Part shown: positions 9,935 to 20,916 of the stretch, piece after piece
Position numbering within the stretch: the stretch's first letter is position 1
Layout: each line of letters opens with the position of its first letter
DNA from: an uncultured Planctomycetia bacterium
Lineage (GTDB): Bacteria; Omnitrophota; Gorgyraeia; Duberdicusellales; 4484-171
DNA: 32,000 bases
Assembly (NCBI GenBank): GCA_964536865.1
Contig: CAZHYN010000003.1
Location: forward strand, 58,435 to 90,434
Direction of reading: 5' to 3'
Program-made: the position numbers and the translations under genes
The notes under the pieces: generated by a model
Databases searched by the model: none
Told to the model about the DNA's origin: nothing
The model's input: only the letters and a program-made list of their open reading frames with translations

Positions 9935-10330
9935 TCACCATACATACCCAATAACTTCCCCCCCTATCCCTTCTTTTCTTGCTTCTTTATCGGTAAGAAC
10001 CCCTTTGGAAGTAGAAATTATCGCTATACCATAACCTTGAAGAATGTGGGGGATATTTTTTCTCTTAGTATAGATTCTTCTTCCTGGTTTAGAGATACGT
10101 TGGATATCGTTTATAGCACTTTTTTTTCCATCATACTTAAGATAAACCTTTATCATTTTTCGGGGGGGTACATCCATTTCTTTGAAGTTTTCTATATATC
10201 TTTCGTTTTTTAAAATTTCTATTATTTTTAATAAAGTTTTAGAGTAAGGAATTATTACCTCTTCTTTTTTTGCTCTTATACCATTCCTTATTATTGTAAA
10301 GGCATCAGCTAAAAGGTCAGTTCTACTCAT
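9935..10330 (-). CDS. rpsH: 30S ribosomal protein S8
   Basis: MSRTDLLADAFTIIRNG... N-terminus and ...GGEVIGYVW C-terminus are typical of S8. Confidence 0.96.
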   Translation of the reverse strand: MSRTDLLADAFTIIRNGIRAKKEEVIIPYSKTLLKIIEILKNERYIENFKEMDVPPRKMIKVYLKYDGKKSAINDIQRISKPGRRIYTKRKNIPHILQGYGIAIISTSKGVLTDKEARKEGIGGEVIGYVW

Positions 10331-10331
10331 C

Positions 10332-10526
10332 TTACCAACTCGCTTTTTTTACTCCAGGAATTAATCCTTGCCAAGCAAGTTGACGAAAACATATTCTGCA
10401 GAGCTCAAAGTCTCTTATATATCCTCGAGGTCTTCCACAGAGCCTGCAGCGATTTCTCCTGCGTGTAGAGTACTTAGCTTTTATTTTTTCTCTTTTCCAC
10501 TTTTCAATTTTCGCTTTAGTTGCCAT
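10332..10526 (-). CDS. rpsN: 30S ribosomal protein S14, short zinc-binding type Z
   Basis: 64-aa ORF with [22 protein letters not shown] (CxxC-x12-CxxC), located between rplE and rpsH. Confidence 0.95.
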   Translation of the reverse strand: MATKAKIEKWKREKIKAKYSTRRRNRCRLCGRPRGYIRDFELCRICFRQLAWQGLIPGVKKASW

Positions 10527-10529
10527 CCT

Positions 10530-11108
10530 TCACCTCTTAAAAGGAAATCCTAATAATTTTAATAGAGTATACGCTTCCTCGTCATCCCTACTGGAAGTAC
10601 ATATAGTGATATTCATACCTTGAGTGCGCTCTACTTTATCTATATTTACTTCGGGGAATACTGTCTGTTCAGATAGACCAAAATTATAGTTACCTTTACC
10701 ATCAAAAGAGTGAGGAGAGAACCCTCTAAAGTCTTTTATTCGAGGAATAGCAGTAGTAATTAATCTGTCTAAGAATTCATACATCCTAGCTTTTCGTAAA
10801 GTAACACAACACCCTATAGCCATGCCCTTTTTTAATTTAAAATTAGAGATTGGCTTTCTTGCTCGAGTGATTTTTGGTCTTTGTCCAGTAATAAAAGCTA
10901 ATTCTTCAGCAGCTTTTTCTACTAATTTAGGATCACCAGTAGCCTCTCCTATCCCCATATTTACTACAATTTTTAATAAACGAGGAACTTGCATTCTATT
11001 TTTGTATTTAAACTCCTCCATCATTTTAGGAATAATCTCCTCTCGATAGATTTTTAAAAGCCGAGGAATATATTTTTCTTCTAAATCTCTTTCTGACACT
11101 TCTTGCAT
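10530..11108 (-). CDS. rplE: 50S ribosomal protein L5 (start uncertain; the annotated ATG overlaps rplX by 28 nt)
   Basis: ...YKNRMQVPRLLKIVVNMGIGEA... is the L5 core. ATG at 11108..11106 is the only canonical start upstream of the conserved RL(L)K.Y segment. Confidence 0.92.
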   Translation of the reverse strand: MQEVSERDLEEKYIPRLLKIYREEIIPKMMEEFKYKNRMQVPRLLKIVVNMGIGEATGDPKLVEKAAEELAFITGQRPKITRARKPISNFKLKKGMAIGCCVTLRKARMYEFLDRLITTAIPRIKDFRGFSPHSFDGKGNYNFGLSEQTVFPEVNIDKVERTQGMNITICTSSRDDEEAYTLLKLLGFPFKR

Positions 11109-11395
11109 ATTCTTACTTTAGTTTTATCTTCTAATATCTTAATTTCAAAACGAACTCCTCTGTTACAATAAGAACAAAAAAGAGCTAAGTTAGAAATATC
11201 TATAGGAGCGGGTATGTCTTTTATCCCATAAGGTTCATCTTCTCGACGGCGTCGCATATGTTTTTTTACTAAGTTTATTCCTTCAACGATTGCTCTATGC
11301 TTGGAAGGAAATACTTTTAAGACTTTCCCGATCTTGCCTTTGTCTTTACCTGCTAAAACTACTACTTTATCTCCTCTCTTAATTCTTAGACTCAT
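11081..11395 (-). CDS. rplX: 50S ribosomal protein L24 with C-terminal CxxC...CxxC
   Basis: The KOW region is ...IKRGDKVVVLAGKDKGKIGKV.... The C-terminus is ...FCSYCNRGVRFEIKILEDKTKVRICKKC.... Confidence 0.95.
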   Translation of the reverse strand: MSLRIKRGDKVVVLAGKDKGKIGKVLKVFPSKHRAIVEGINLVKKHMRRRREDEPYGIKDIPAPIDISNLALFCSYCNRGVRFEIKILEDKTKVRICKKCQKEI

Positions 11396-11396
11396 T

Positions 11397-11762
11397 TTAT
11401 ATTACCTCGGGAGCTAAAGATAAAATTTTAGAAAAATGTTCTCTTAATTCTCTAGCGATAGGACCGAAAACTCTTGTCCCTTTAGGATTTCCCTGTTTAT
11501 CAATAATAACACAAGCATTGTTATCAAATCTAATACATATTCCATCTTTTCTCTTTATAGGCGATTTGGTTCGTACTACCACAGCTCTTACTACCTCTCC
11601 TTTCTTGACTTGTGTGTCGGCACTAGCTTCTTTTACGCTAGCACTAATTACATCCCCCACCTCTGCGTATTTTTTATTTTTCTTACCTATAACGTTGATA
11701 CAGGCTACTATTTTAGCTCCAGTGTTATCTGTAACAGTTAATCGGCTTCGTAAATAAATCAT
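11397..11762 (-). CDS. rplN: 50S ribosomal protein L14
   Basis: [17 protein letters not shown]... is a canonical L14 N-terminus. First gene of the spc block. Confidence 0.96.
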   Translation of the reverse strand: MIYLRSRLTVTDNTGAKIVACINVIGKKNKKYAEVGDVISASVKEASADTQVKKGEVVRAVVVRTKSPIKRKDGICIRFDNNACVIIDKQGNPKGTRVFGPIARELREHFSKILSLAPEVI

Positions 11763-12010
11763 TTTATTACCTCAAGAAGAAAAAATCTTTTTTCCTTAGA
11801 ATAGGGACGTGATTCAATTATTTTTACTTTATCTCCTTCCTTAGCTTCCTGTTTTGGATCGTGTGCTTTAATTTTCTTAATTTTTTTAATTGGTTTTTTA
11901 TAAATGGGATGAGGAAATAACTTCTCTACTCTTACTACAATGGTCTTTTGCATTTTAGAAGAAACTACTATACCTTCTAATATTTTCTTTCTTGTTTTTA
12001 TATTTTTCAT
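11759..12010 (-). CDS. rpsQ: 30S ribosomal protein S17
   Basis: ...[19 protein letters not shown]... is an S17 OB-fold motif. Conserved position after rpmC. Confidence 0.95.
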   Translation of the reverse strand: MKNIKTRKKILEGIVVSSKMQKTIVVRVEKLFPHPIYKKPIKKIKKIKAHDPKQEAKEGDKVKIIESRPYSKEKRFFLLEVIK

Positions 12011-12195
12011 TTCTGTTTTTCTCTAATTACAGTTAAAATTCTAGCTATATCTTTCTTTATCTGTTTAAATTGATGAGGTTTTTCTACATGAGCAGTCTTT
12101 TTCTTAAAATTTAATTCCATAAGTTTTCTTCTCAACTCTTCTAGTTTATCCTTCAATTCTTCCAAAGATAAATTCCTAATTTCTCGAGCTTTCAT
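12007..12195 (-). CDS. rpmC: 50S ribosomal protein L29
   Basis: [30 protein letters not shown]... is typical of L29. Confidence 0.95.
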   Translation of the reverse strand: MKAREIRNLSLEELKDKLEELRRKLMELNFKKKTAHVEKPHQFKQIKKDIARILTVIREKQK

Positions 12196-12602
12196 TTTCT
12201 TCTAACTACAAATCTAGTTCTAAAAGGGAGCTTATAAGCAACTAATCTAAACGACTCTCGAGCGTACTCCTCAGGTATACCTCCTAATTCAAATAGAATG
12301 GTTCCTCTCCGGACTACCGTTACCCATCCTTCTACTTCTCCTTTTCCCTTTCCCATACGTGATTCTGCTGGCTTCTTAGTTATAGGCTTATCAGGAAAAA
12401 TTCTTATCCATAATTTTCCTCCTCGGCGTAATCGTCTAGTTAAGATTACTCTTGCTGCTTCAATTTGTGTGTTTTTAAGCCATCCACATTCTAAAGCCTT
12501 AAGCCCGTATTCACCGAAAGCTACACTATTCTCACTTTGTGCAATCCCTTTTCTTCTTCCTCTCTGACTCTTTCTGTATTTTACTCTCTTGGGTAGAAGC
12601 AT
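12192..12602 (-). CDS. rplP: 50S ribosomal protein L16
   Basis: [19 protein letters not shown]... is a canonical L16 N-terminus. Confidence 0.96.
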   Translation of the reverse strand: MLLPKRVKYRKSQRGRRKGIAQSENSVAFGEYGLKALECGWLKNTQIEAARVILTRRLRRGGKLWIRIFPDKPITKKPAESRMGKGKGEVEGWVTVVRRGTILFELGGIPEEYARESFRLVAYKLPFRTRFVVRRK

Positions 12603-12604
12603 TT

Positions 12605-13291
12605 TTAACCTTCTTCTTTCTCCTCTTTCTCTTGTTCTTCTTTTACAAGATAATATCCTAAGTTCTTTTCTCCTTTATATATCCATACTTTAACTCCAAT
12701 TGTACCATAAGTAGTCTTTGCTAAACCAAAACCATAATCAATGTCCGCTCTAAATGTCTGTAGGGGGACTTTACCATATTTGTAAGCTTCACTTCGGGCA
12801 ATCTCCGCTCCTTCTAACCGTCCAGAACAGCGAATCTTTATACCTTGGCAACCTAGATTTACAGCTTGTTGAATCGCTCTCTTCATCGCTCTACGAAAAT
12901 TCACTCTTTTGACAATTTGAAAGGCGATTATCTCCGCTACCAGCTGTGCCTCTAGAGCTGGTTCTAAGACTTCCTCTACATCAATTATCGCTTCTTTTTT
13001 TGTTAATTCAGTTATTTCACCTTTAGTTCTCTCTATATCTTGACCACGTCTTCCAATAATTATTCCTGGTCGAGAAGTTCTTATCTTTATCTTAATTACA
13101 TTGGTAGAGACTCGTTCTATAATTATTTTTGCAATAGAGCCTAAAGGATAATTTTTCTTTATCAGTTCTCTTATTCGCAAATCTTCTTCTAAAAAGTCCG
13201 CATATTCCCTTTTTCTTACTGTGAACCACTTTGATATCCAATCTTTACCAAAGCCTATCCTCAAAATATAGGGGTGAACCTTTTGCCCCAT
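12605..13291 (-). CDS. rpsC: 30S ribosomal protein S3
   Basis: The conserved S3 N-terminus [14 protein letters not shown]... begins at the internal ATG 13291..13289. That ATG overlaps the rplV TAA by 1 nt (TAATG). The 36 extra upstream codons in the ORF track lie inside rplV and look non-biological. Confidence 0.93.
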   Translation of the reverse strand: MGQKVHPYILRIGFGKDWISKWFTVRKREYADFLEEDLRIRELIKKNYPLGSIAKIIIERVSTNVIKIKIRTSRPGIIIGRRGQDIERTKGEITELTKKEAIIDVEEVLEPALEAQLVAEIIAFQIVKRVNFRRAMKRAIQQAVNLGCQGIKIRCSGRLEGAEIARSEAYKYGKVPLQTFRADIDYGFGLAKTTYGTIGVKVWIYKGEKNLGYYLVKEEQEKEEKEEG

Positions 13292-13647
13292 TACCTGCCT
13301 ACCTTTTCTAATATTTTCTCCGAACTGTCTAACTCGATTAAAATATGTGAAGTTTTTCTCCTTATCATTGTAGCTCTGCCAAAACTTGCCGCACGCCAAC
13401 GTTTAAGTACCGGTCCAGCATTGGTAGTAATTCTAGAAATAAATAACTTTTCTTCTTTAAAACCTTTATTCTTAGCGTTGGATATGGCGGAATTTAAAGC
13501 TTTATAGAGAAGCTTCGCTCCTTTTTTGCTCATATTTTGCAAAATGCTTTGTGCTTTTAAAATATCCTTACCTTTGATAAGTTCTGCTACTTGAGTTATT
13601 TTCCTAGGAGATATTCTTAAATATTTTATATATGCTCTTGCTACCAT
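13291..13647 (-). CDS. rplV: 50S ribosomal protein L22
   Basis: [27 protein letters not shown]... is typical of L22. S10-operon order. Confidence 0.95.
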   Translation of the reverse strand: MVARAYIKYLRISPRKITQVAELIKGKDILKAQSILQNMSKKGAKLLYKALNSAISNAKNKGFKEEKLFISRITTNAGPVLKRWRAASFGRATMIRRKTSHILIELDSSEKILEKVGR

Positions 13648-13651
13648 AACT

Positions 13652-13939
13652 TTACTTTTTCTGAAGTGCTTTCTTTGCTTTTATGCCTCCATGTTGTCGA
13701 AAAGTTCGTGTAGGAGCAAATTCTCCCAATCTATGGCCTACCATCGCTTCAGTTACAAATACAGGTATATGTTTTTTTCCATCATGGACAGCAAAAGTGA
13801 GTCCCACAAAGTCAGGGGTAATCATACTTGCTCTTGACCAGGTTTTAATAGGTTTTCTATCACCTGTCTCTTTTGCCTTTTTAATCTTCTTTAGTAACTT
13901 CTCATCTACAAAGGGTCCTTTCTTTAATGATCTTCCCAT
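13652..13939 (-). CDS. rpsS: 30S ribosomal protein S19
   Basis: [19 protein letters not shown]... followed by ...[27 protein letters not shown].... Confidence 0.97.
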   Translation of the reverse strand: MGRSLKKGPFVDEKLLKKIKKAKETGDRKPIKTWSRASMITPDFVGLTFAVHDGKKHIPVFVTEAMVGHRLGEFAPTRTFRQHGGIKAKKALQKK

Positions 13940-13948
13940 AAATTACCT

Positions 13949-14794
13949 CTACTTTTTCTTTTTACTTCTTCTTTTAATGATATATTTGTTACTCATCTTA
14001 TTAGGTTTTCTAGTCTTACTTCCTTTAGTAGGTTTCCCCCAAGGAGTAACAGGATGGGGGTTTCCCTGTCCAGCTTTACCTTCTCCTCCTCCATGAGGAT
14101 GGTCTACTGGATTCATTGCTACACCTCTTACCTTAGGACGTCTTCCTAGCCAACGGACCTTTCCTGCTTTACCATGCATAAAAGAGCTGTGTTCAATATT
14201 ACCCACCTGACCAACCGTAGCTCGACATTCCAAATTTATCAGTCTTATTTCTCCTGAAGACATTCGTATATGGGCAAATCCTTTCTCTTTAGCCATTACC
14301 TGTGCCCAACTTCCAGCACTCCTTATTAATTTTGCTCCTTTGCTCGGTTCCAGTTCTATATTATGGATAATGGTTCCTAAAGGAATATATTTTAGTTTCA
14401 TTGCATTTCCTGGTTTGATATCTATTTGGGAATCATAACTACTTAAAATTTTGTCTCCTACCTTTAATTCATTTGGCCATATTATGTATCGTTTTTCTTT
14501 ATCAGGATATTCAATAAGAGCTATACGAGCAGTTCTATTGGGATCGTATTCGATAGCAATTACTTCACCTTCTACATCAAACTTATCCCTTTTGAAGTCA
14601 ATAATTCTATATCTTCGTTTGTGTCCTCCTCCCCTTCTCCTTATAGTAATTCTTCCGTAATTATTTCTTCCACCGGTTTTCTTCAAAGCTATTGTTAAGG
14701 CCTTTTCTGGTTTCTTTTTAGTAATTTCTGAGAAATTAGAAATTACTCTAAACCGCAGACTAGGAGTAACTGGTTTAAATTTTTTTATTCCCAT
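13949..14794 (-). CDS. rplB: 50S ribosomal protein L2
   Basis: [17 protein letters not shown]... N-terminus and the ...[14 protein letters not shown]... hallmark. Confidence 0.97.
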   Translation of the reverse strand: MGIKKFKPVTPSLRFRVISNFSEITKKKPEKALTIALKKTGGRNNYGRITIRRRGGGHKRRYRIIDFKRDKFDVEGEVIAIEYDPNRTARIALIEYPDKEKRYIIWPNELKVGDKILSSYDSQIDIKPGNAMKLKYIPLGTIIHNIELEPSKGAKLIRSAGSWAQVMAKEKGFAHIRMSSGEIRLINLECRATVGQVGNIEHSSFMHGKAGKVRWLGRRPKVRGVAMNPVDHPHGGGEGKAGQGNPHPVTPWGKPTKGSKTRKPNKMSNKYIIKRRSKKKK

Positions 14795-14808
14795 ATTTAC
14801 TTTTTCTA

Positions 14809-15090
14809 CTAAGTGATCTTAATCTCATAACCACTTTTTAATGTAACGATTGCTTTTTTCCAAGTAGGCGTTTTTCCTTCTTGATTCCATCTTATTCTTT
14901 TTGTTTTTCCCTTCACGTTCACAGTATTTATTTTTTCTATTTTAACATTATAAATTTTTTCTATAGCATTTTTGATTTCTATTTTATTAGCTTTTCTATC
15001 TACCCAGAAAGAATACTTATTATATTTTCCTAGTTTGGTAACTTTCTCCGTAAGCAATGGCGATTTAACTACAGTATAAATACTTTTCAT
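14809..15090 (-). CDS. rplW: 50S ribosomal protein L23
   Basis: 93 aa, ...[14 protein letters not shown].... Located between rplD and rplB. Confidence 0.94.
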   Translation of the reverse strand: MKSIYTVVKSPLLTEKVTKLGKYNKYSFWVDRKANKIEIKNAIEKIYNVKIEKINTVNVKGKTKRIRWNQEGKTPTWKKAIVTLKSGYEIKIT

Positions 15091-15725
15091 GAGAGAAACT
15101 TCTTTATCCTTTCTTGAATATTTTCTAAAGCTTGTTTAGTAAAGATTATTTTTTTGCAATCTAAAGCTGTATAAGCATTTAGATTATTGGAAGTTTCTGT
15201 ATTAATCATCTTTAGGTTCCTAGAAGCTAGTTTTAAATTTTTTTCTATTATAGGAACTACTAGTTTTACTCTTTGAGAATTAACTTTCAGTTTCCTTAGA
15301 ATAGAAAGAAGTGATTTTGTTTTGTAGTTTTCTAAATTGATGCTATCTACAACTATTATTTCTTTATCTTTTAGCTTAGCATTGAGTACACTTTTTAAAG
15401 CGCCAATCTTCATCTTCTTAGGGAGTTTTTTAGTATAACCTCTGGGTTTAGGACCAAATACTATTCCTCCTCCTCGCCAAAGAGGAGAACGAATAGAGCC
15501 TACTCTAGCACGTCCTGTTCCTTTCTGTCGCCAGGGTTTAGTTCCCCCACCTCTTACTTCGCCCTTAGTTTTAGTAGAAGCGGTACCTTTTCTCTTATTA
15601 GCCAAGTAAGTTACTACCGCTTGATGGATAAGAGTTATATTCACTTTTCCATCAAAGACCTTTTCATCCAGATTAAAATTCCCTACTTTTTTACCTTCCT
15701 GATTTAATATTTCGATTTCCTTCAT
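15087..15725 (-). CDS. rplD: 50S ribosomal protein L4
   Basis: ...PWRQKGTGRARVGSIRSPLWRGGG.VFGP... is the L4 hallmark. Confidence 0.96.
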   Translation of the reverse strand: MKEIEILNQEGKKVGNFNLDEKVFDGKVNITLIHQAVVTYLANKRKGTASTKTKGEVRGGGTKPWRQKGTGRARVGSIRSPLWRGGGIVFGPKPRGYTKKLPKKMKIGALKSVLNAKLKDKEIIVVDSINLENYKTKSLLSILRKLKVNSQRVKLVVPIIEKNLKLASRNLKMINTETSNNLNAYTALDCKKIIFTKQALENIQERIKKFLS

Positions 15726-16342
15726 TTCTTTATTTTTCTTATTGATACAATGGAATTAGTCCCTCCAGGAAGTGAACCTCTTATGAGAAGAAGATTATTT
15801 TCTTTATCCACCTTAATTATTTTTAAATTTTTTATTGTACATTTTTTATTTCCTGTATGCCCTGGCATTCTGTGCCCCTTTACAATTCTTGCTGGATAAG
15901 TGGAGGCACCCGCAGAACCAATTCTTCGATGTGTCATAGAACCATGGGTACGAGGTTGTCCTCGCCAGTTATACCTTTTTACTCCTCCCTGAAACCCTTT
16001 TCCTTTAGTATTTGCTGTTACATCCACCAACTCCCCTTCTTGAAATATCTCTACACCTATCTCTTTTTTTAAAGGTAACTCTTGATCTATATCGTAAGGC
16101 ACTTCCTTTATCATTTTATAATATTTAACTCCTAACTTATTAAAATATCCTAATTGTGGTTTTTTAACTTTCTTTTCATCTATCTTAAAACACCCAATTT
16201 TTACAGCCTTCTTTGTAGGGTAATCAACCTTCTCTAAGAGGCACACCGGTTCTACCTCTATTACGCTAACTCCTATCAACTTTCCTTCTTGATCAAAAAT
16301 CTGAGTCATTCCTATTTTTTTTCCTATAATTTCTTTAATCAT
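15722..16342 (-). CDS. rplC: 50S ribosomal protein L3
   Basis: ...GKKIGMTQIFDQEG... and ...KGKGFQGGVKRYNWRGQPRTHGS... are L3 motifs. Confidence 0.96.
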   Translation of the reverse strand: MIKEIIGKKIGMTQIFDQEGKLIGVSVIEVEPVCLLEKVDYPTKKAVKIGCFKIDEKKVKKPQLGYFNKLGVKYYKMIKEVPYDIDQELPLKKEIGVEIFQEGELVDVTANTKGKGFQGGVKRYNWRGQPRTHGSMTHRRIGSAGASTYPARIVKGHRMPGHTGNKKCTIKNLKIIKVDKENNLLLIRGSLPGGTNSIVSIRKIKK

Positions 16343-16344
16343 CC

Positions 16345-16653
16345 TTAAAGTTCTTGTTTAATCTCTACATTTACTCCGCTAGGAAGATTTAATTTACGTA
16401 AAGCATCTATAGTTTTAGGTGTAGGATTATCCAAGTCAATGATCCTTTTATGAATTGCTAAGATAAATTGTTCTCTTGATTTTTTATCGATGTTAGTTGA
16501 TCTATTTACTGTATATATTTTTTTCTTAGTTGGTAATGGTATAGGGCCGCTTACTTTCGCTCCTGTACGCAGTGCTACTTCAACAATCTCTTGAGTAGAT
16601 TGGTCTAATACTCGATGATCAAAAGCTTTTAACTTAATTCTTAACTTCAACAT
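16345..16653 (-). CDS. rpsJ: 30S ribosomal protein S10
   Basis: 102 aa, ...[16 protein letters not shown]...GPIPLPT... is typical of S10. Confidence 0.96.
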   Translation of the reverse strand: MLKLRIKLKAFDHRVLDQSTQEIVEVALRTGAKVSGPIPLPTKKKIYTVNRSTNIDKKSREQFILAIHKRIIDLDNPTPKTIDALRKLNLPSGVNVEIKQEL

Positions 16654-16716
16654 AAAAAAGTATACCTCTTCTTTTATTAACTTCTCTTTTTAAGTATCCA
16701 GGAAGTGGAGTTAATT

Positions 16717-17919
16717 TTATTCTACAATCTGAGTTACTACCCCCGCACCTACAGTTCTTCCTCCTTCTCGAATAGCGAATCTTAATTCCTTCTCAATCGC
16801 TACTGGTTGAATTAATTCTACCTCTATCTCTACATTATCTCCTGGCATAACCATCTCTACTCCTTGAGGAAGTTTAATTGTTCCAGTAACATCGGTAGTT
16901 CTAAAGTAAAATTGTGGTCGATATCCAGAAAAGAAAGGAGTATGTCTGCCTCCCTCCTCTTTCTTTAAAGCGTAAATTTGTGCTTTAAATTTTGTATGAG
17001 GAGTAATGGTTCCAGGAGCAGCTACAACCATTCCTCGTTCAACATCCTCTTTCTCTACTCCCCTCAAAAGTAAACCTACGTTGTCCCCCGCTACACCTTC
17101 ATCAAGAATTTTCCTAAACATCTCTACGCCTGTAACTACTGTCTTTCTTGTTTCAGAAGCTAATCCTACTAATTCCACTTCATCACTTATTTTTATTTTT
17201 CCCCTTTCAACTCTTCCTGTAACTACTGTGCCACGTCCTGAGATAGAAAATACGTCTTCCACAGCCATTAGAAACGGTTTATCAACATCTCTTTTTGGTG
17301 TAGGTATATATTCATCTACTGCTTTCATCAACTCCAAGATTGGCTTGCAATTTGGACAGTCATCTTTACCACAGCCACACTCCATAGCTTTCAATGCTGA
17401 ACCTCTTATTACTGGTATATTTTCTCCAGGGAATTCATACTTAGAGAGAAGCTCTCTTACTTCTACCTCTACCAAATCGATAAGTTCCTTATCATCCATC
17501 TGGTCTATCTTGTTGATAAACACTACAATTGCAGGAACATTAACCTGTCTAGCTAGAAGAATATGCTCTCGAGTTTGAGGCATAGGTCCATCAGTAGCTG
17601 CTACCACTAAGATTGCTCCATCCATCTGGGCAGCACCAGTAATCATATTTTTGATGTAATCAGCGTGTCCGGGGCAATCAATATGAGCATAGTGTCGGTT
17701 ATCCGTTTCATACTCTACATGAGCAATGTTAATAGTGAGTCCTCTTTCCTTCTCTTCGGGAGCCTTATCGATATCTTCATAAGCTAAGGCTTGAGCTTTT
17801 CCTCGAGAAGCTAAAATCTTAGTTATCGCAGAAGTCAAAGTAGTTTTCCCATGGTCTACATGTCCAATAGTTCCAATGTTTACATGCGGTTTAGTTCTTA
17901 CAAATTTTTCCTTCCCCAT
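16717..17919 (-). CDS. tuf: Elongation factor Tu (carries a CxCx4CxxC insertion in domain I)
   Basis: G-motifs [14 protein letters not shown] and NKID are present, 400 aa. A strong SD (GGAGGTGGAGT) lies just upstream of the ATG at 17919. Confidence 0.98.
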   Translation of the reverse strand: MGKEKFVRTKPHVNIGTIGHVDHGKTTLTSAITKILASRGKAQALAYEDIDKAPEEKERGLTINIAHVEYETDNRHYAHIDCPGHADYIKNMITGAAQMDGAILVVAATDGPMPQTREHILLARQVNVPAIVVFINKIDQMDDKELIDLVEVEVRELLSKYEFPGENIPVIRGSALKAMECGCGKDDCPNCKPILELMKAVDEYIPTPKRDVDKPFLMAVEDVFSISGRGTVVTGRVERGKIKISDEVELVGLASETRKTVVTGVEMFRKILDEGVAGDNVGLLLRGVEKEDVERGMVVAAPGTITPHTKFKAQIYALKKEEGGRHTPFFSGYRPQFYFRTTDVTGTIKLPQGVEMVMPGDNVEIEVELIQPVAIEKELRFAIREGGRTVGAGVVTQIVE

Positions 17920-17931
17920 ACTCCACCTCCT

Positions 17932-20019
17932 TTACTTTCCCAAAATTTTCGCCATTATTTGTTCAGGAACTTTCTCATAATATAAAGGCTCTATTGTATA
18001 AGAGGCCCTACCTTGTGTCAAGTTTCTTAACACATCTACATAGTCAAAAACCTCCCCTAAAGGCACTTCTGCTCTTATTACCTTAACATTTCTTCTTTCC
18101 GATATAGAAGTTATCTTGGCTCTACGAGAATTTAAGTCAGCAATTACTTGGCTTAAGTAAGTTTCGGGAGTTACCACCTCTATACCCATTATTGGTTCTA
18201 AAAGAATGGGGTTTCCTTTTCTTAGCCCTTCTTTAAAGGCAAGTTCAGCGGCAATTTTAAAAGCCAGCTCACTAGAATCTACTTCGTGGTAAGAGCCATC
18301 TACCAGAGTGACTTTAATATCAGTAACTGGATACCCTCCCAAAATTCCTGCCTCAGCCGCTTCTATAATACCTTCTTTCACTGATGGTAAAAATTCTTTT
18401 GGAATTACGCCCCCTTTTAATTTGCTTTCAAAAATAACCCCTCTTCCTTTTTGGTTAGGAGCCATAACTATTACTACATGTCCATACTGACCCCTTCCTC
18501 CAGTTTGTTGGATAAATTTTCCTATCGCTTCTGTCTGTCGAGTTATAGTCTCCTTATAAGCCACACAGGGTTTACCCACCTTTGCTTTTACATTAAAGTC
18601 TCGCAGAAGTCTTTCCACCATTACTTCTAGATGCAGTTGACCCATTCCTGAAATTATATTCTGACCAGTTTCTCGATTATAAGTAAATCTAAAAGAAGGA
18701 TCTTCGTCAGCTAGTTTTCTTAAAGCAGTTAATAATCTCTCTTGATCTTGATTAGTTTTAGGCTCAATAGCTAAAGATACTACAGGTTCAGGGAAATGTA
18801 TTTCTTCCAGGAGGATAGGATATTCAGGATCCGTAAGGGTATCTCCGGTTACAGTTTCTTTTAAACCTACTAAACATACGATGTCTCCTGCCTCCGCACT
18901 TCTGATAATTTCCTGTTTGTTAGCATGCATCCTTACTATCTTATTTATCTTTTCCTTTGTCTTTTTAGGAACATTAAGAATCTCATCCCCTACACTTACT
19001 CTCCCTGCATAAATACGAGTATAAAACAATTTACCTACAAAAGGATCAGTAAATATTTTAAAGCATAATCCACAAAAGGGAGCGTTACTAGAGATTTCTC
19101 TCTCTTCAAACTCTTCACCGTCAGGAATAAACCCTTTCACTATCTTTAAGTCTTTGGGAGAAGGAAGCCAATTGCATATAGCATCTAAAAGTAATTGGAT
19201 TCCTTTATTCTTTAAGGCACTACCACATAACACAGGAGTAATTCTATTAGCAATAGTATACTTTCTTATAGCAAGGATTATCTCTTCTTCAGAGATCTCT
19301 TCACCTTCAATAAACTTATGCATAAAGTTGTCATCTAACTCTGCCAGTTTCTCCATTAACTGATCTCGGTATTTGGTAGCTAACTCTATATCTTCTTGAG
19401 GTATATCTTTGTATACGAGATTGACTCCTAACTCATCACTGTAATAGATTGTTTTCATTTTTATTAAGTCGATAATTCCTTTAAATTCATCCTCTTCGTA
19501 AAGAGGAAGTTGAACTACCACAGGAGTCGCTCCTAATTTTTCTTGAATTTCCTCTACAACTTTGAAGAAATCTGCTCCTATTCTATCCATTTTATTTATA
19601 AAAGCAATTCTAGCCACTTTATACTTATCTGCTTGACGCCATACTGTCTCTGACTGGGGCTCCACCCCTCCTACACCACAGAAGATGACGATCGCACCAT
19701 CTAACACCTTTAAGGCACGCTCTACCTCTATAGTGAAATCGATATGTCCTGGGGTATCGATAATATTTATATGGTAATCTCTCCATCTACAGTAAGTAGC
19801 TGCACTAGTAATAGTAATTCCTCTTTCCTTCTCTTGAGGCATCCAATCAGTAGTAGCTGTGCCTTCGTCAACCTCTCCTAATTTATAGACTCTGCCACTA
19901 TAAAAAAGAATTCTTTCAGTAGTTGTAGTTTTACCAGCATCAATATGAGCAATAAACCCTACATTTCTTGTAAATTCCAATTTTTCCTTCTCTTTCATAT
20001 CTATCTTAATTGCTCTCAC
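17932..20019 (-). CDS. fusA: Elongation factor G
   Basis: [20 protein letters not shown] and NKMD motifs are present. The annotated start at 20019..20017 is GTG, preceded by GAGGT with a 5-nt spacer. An in-frame ATG at 19998 has no SD. Confidence 0.96.
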   Translation of the reverse strand: MRAIKIDMKEKEKLEFTRNVGFIAHIDAGKTTTTERILFYSGRVYKLGEVDEGTATTDWMPQEKERGITITSAATYCRWRDYHINIIDTPGHIDFTIEVERALKVLDGAIVIFCGVGGVEPQSETVWRQADKYKVARIAFINKMDRIGADFFKVVEEIQEKLGATPVVVQLPLYEEDEFKGIIDLIKMKTIYYSDELGVNLVYKDIPQEDIELATKYRDQLMEKLAELDDNFMHKFIEGEEISEEEIILAIRKYTIANRITPVLCGSALKNKGIQLLLDAICNWLPSPKDLKIVKGFIPDGEEFEEREISSNAPFCGLCFKIFTDPFVGKLFYTRIYAGRVSVGDEILNVPKKTKEKINKIVRMHANKQEIIRSAEAGDIVCLVGLKETVTGDTLTDPEYPILLEEIHFPEPVVSLAIEPKTNQDQERLLTALRKLADEDPSFRFTYNRETGQNIISGMGQLHLEVMVERLLRDFNVKAKVGKPCVAYKETITRQTEAIGKFIQQTGGRGQYGHVVIVMAPNQKGRGVIFESKLKGGVIPKEFLPSVKEGIIEAAEAGILGGYPVTDIKVTLVDGSYHEVDSSELAFKIAAELAFKEGLRKGNPILLEPIMGIEVVTPETYLSQVIADLNSRRAKITSISERRNVKVIRAEVPLGEVFDYVDVLRNLTQGRASYTIEPLYYEKVPEQIMAKILGK

Positions 20020-20058
20020 TTATTACCTCAAATTATTAATTACTATGAAGCTAGTTAC

Positions 20059-20526
20059 TCACCATCTAAAATGGGCAAAGGCTCTATTTGCCTCAGCCAT
20101 TTTATGAGTATCTTCCTTCTTTTTGATTACCGCTCCTTCGTTTTTATAAGCAGAGATTATCTCTTCAGCTAGTTTTACACTCATAGGTTTACCCTTCTTA
20201 CTTCTTGCAAAATCTCTCATCCACCTCAAAGCAATAAAAATTCCTCTTTCTTTAGGTACTTCCACAGGTACCTGATAAGTAGCACCCCCGATCCTTCTAG
20301 GTCTTACTTCTAATCGAGGACGGGCATTTTCTAAGGCCGAGAAAAATACTTTCAAAGGGTCTTCTTTTAATTTCTCCTGTATCCTACCCAAAGCCTGATA
20401 AACAATCTTTTGAGCAACAGTCTTTTTCCCTTCCCGCATAATAATATTTATAAATCTACCAATAATTGCGGAATTATATATAGGGTCAACTTGGGGTTCT
20501 CTCTTAGAAGCTCTTCTTCTTCTCAT
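20059..20526 (-). CDS. rpsG: 30S ribosomal protein S7
   Basis: [19 protein letters not shown]... N-terminus and ...[11 protein letters not shown]-terminus are typical of S7. Confidence 0.97.
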   Translation of the reverse strand: MRRRRASKREPQVDPIYNSAIIGRFINIIMREGKKTVAQKIVYQALGRIQEKLKEDPLKVFFSALENARPRLEVRPRRIGGATYQVPVEVPKERGIFIALRWMRDFARSKKGKPMSVKLAEEIISAYKNEGAVIKKKEDTHKMAEANRAFAHFRW

Positions 20527-20538
20527 TTCTCCCCTTTC

Positions 20539-20916
20539 CTAACTACCTTTTGGTCGCTTAGTCCCATACTTAGACCTTGATTTTTTTCTATTTTGGACAC
20601 CCTGGGTATCTAGAGTTCCTCTTACGATATGATATCTTACTCCAGGTAAATCTTTTACTCTTCCTCCTCTTACTAAAACGATAGAGTGTTCCTGTAAGTT
20701 ATGACCTTCTCCAGGAATATAAGCAGTGACTTCTTCTCCATTAGTAAGTCTTACCCTAGCTACTTTCCTTAAAGCGGAATTAGGTTTCTTAGGAGTCATT
20801 GTCCTTACCTGAATACATACTCCTCTTTTTTGGGGGCAACTCCCTAAAGCAGGGGATTTAGAACGTCTCTTTTTTGCTTCCCTTGGTTTTCTTATAAGTT
20901 GGGCTATTGTTGGCAT
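20539..20916 (-). CDS. rpsL: 30S ribosomal protein S12
   Basis: [10 protein letters not shown]... and ...[16 protein letters not shown]... are canonical S12. The start lies 13 nt inside the end of rpoC. Confidence 0.98.
   Translation of the reverse strand: MPTIAQLIRKPREAKKRRSKSPALGSCPQKRGVCIQVRTMTPKKPNSALRKVARVRLTNGEEVTAYIPGEGHNLQEHSIVLVRGGRVKDLPGVRYHIVRGTLDTQGVQNRKKSRSKYGTKRPKGS

Noticed and set aside
13292-13399. 36-codon N-terminal extension of the S3 ORF ([15 protein letters not shown]...)
   Set aside because: It lies entirely within rplV in another frame. The canonical S3 N-terminus MGQKVHP begins at ATG 13291, which forms a TAATG junction with rplV.
17006-17578. Long antisense ORFs opposite conserved genes, including 190 aa opposite tuf, 137 aa opposite rpsS/rplB (13683..14096), 130 aa opposite rpoC (24058..24450), 139 aa opposite nusG (30448..30867), 113 aa at 4458..4799 and 28776..29117, and 107 aa at 28226..28549
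   Set aside because: They are low-complexity Ser/Leu/Phe/Pro-rich translations of the reverse complement of strongly conserved genes. They have no SD and no recognisable domains, which is the expected artefact of codon-biased genes on the opposite strand.
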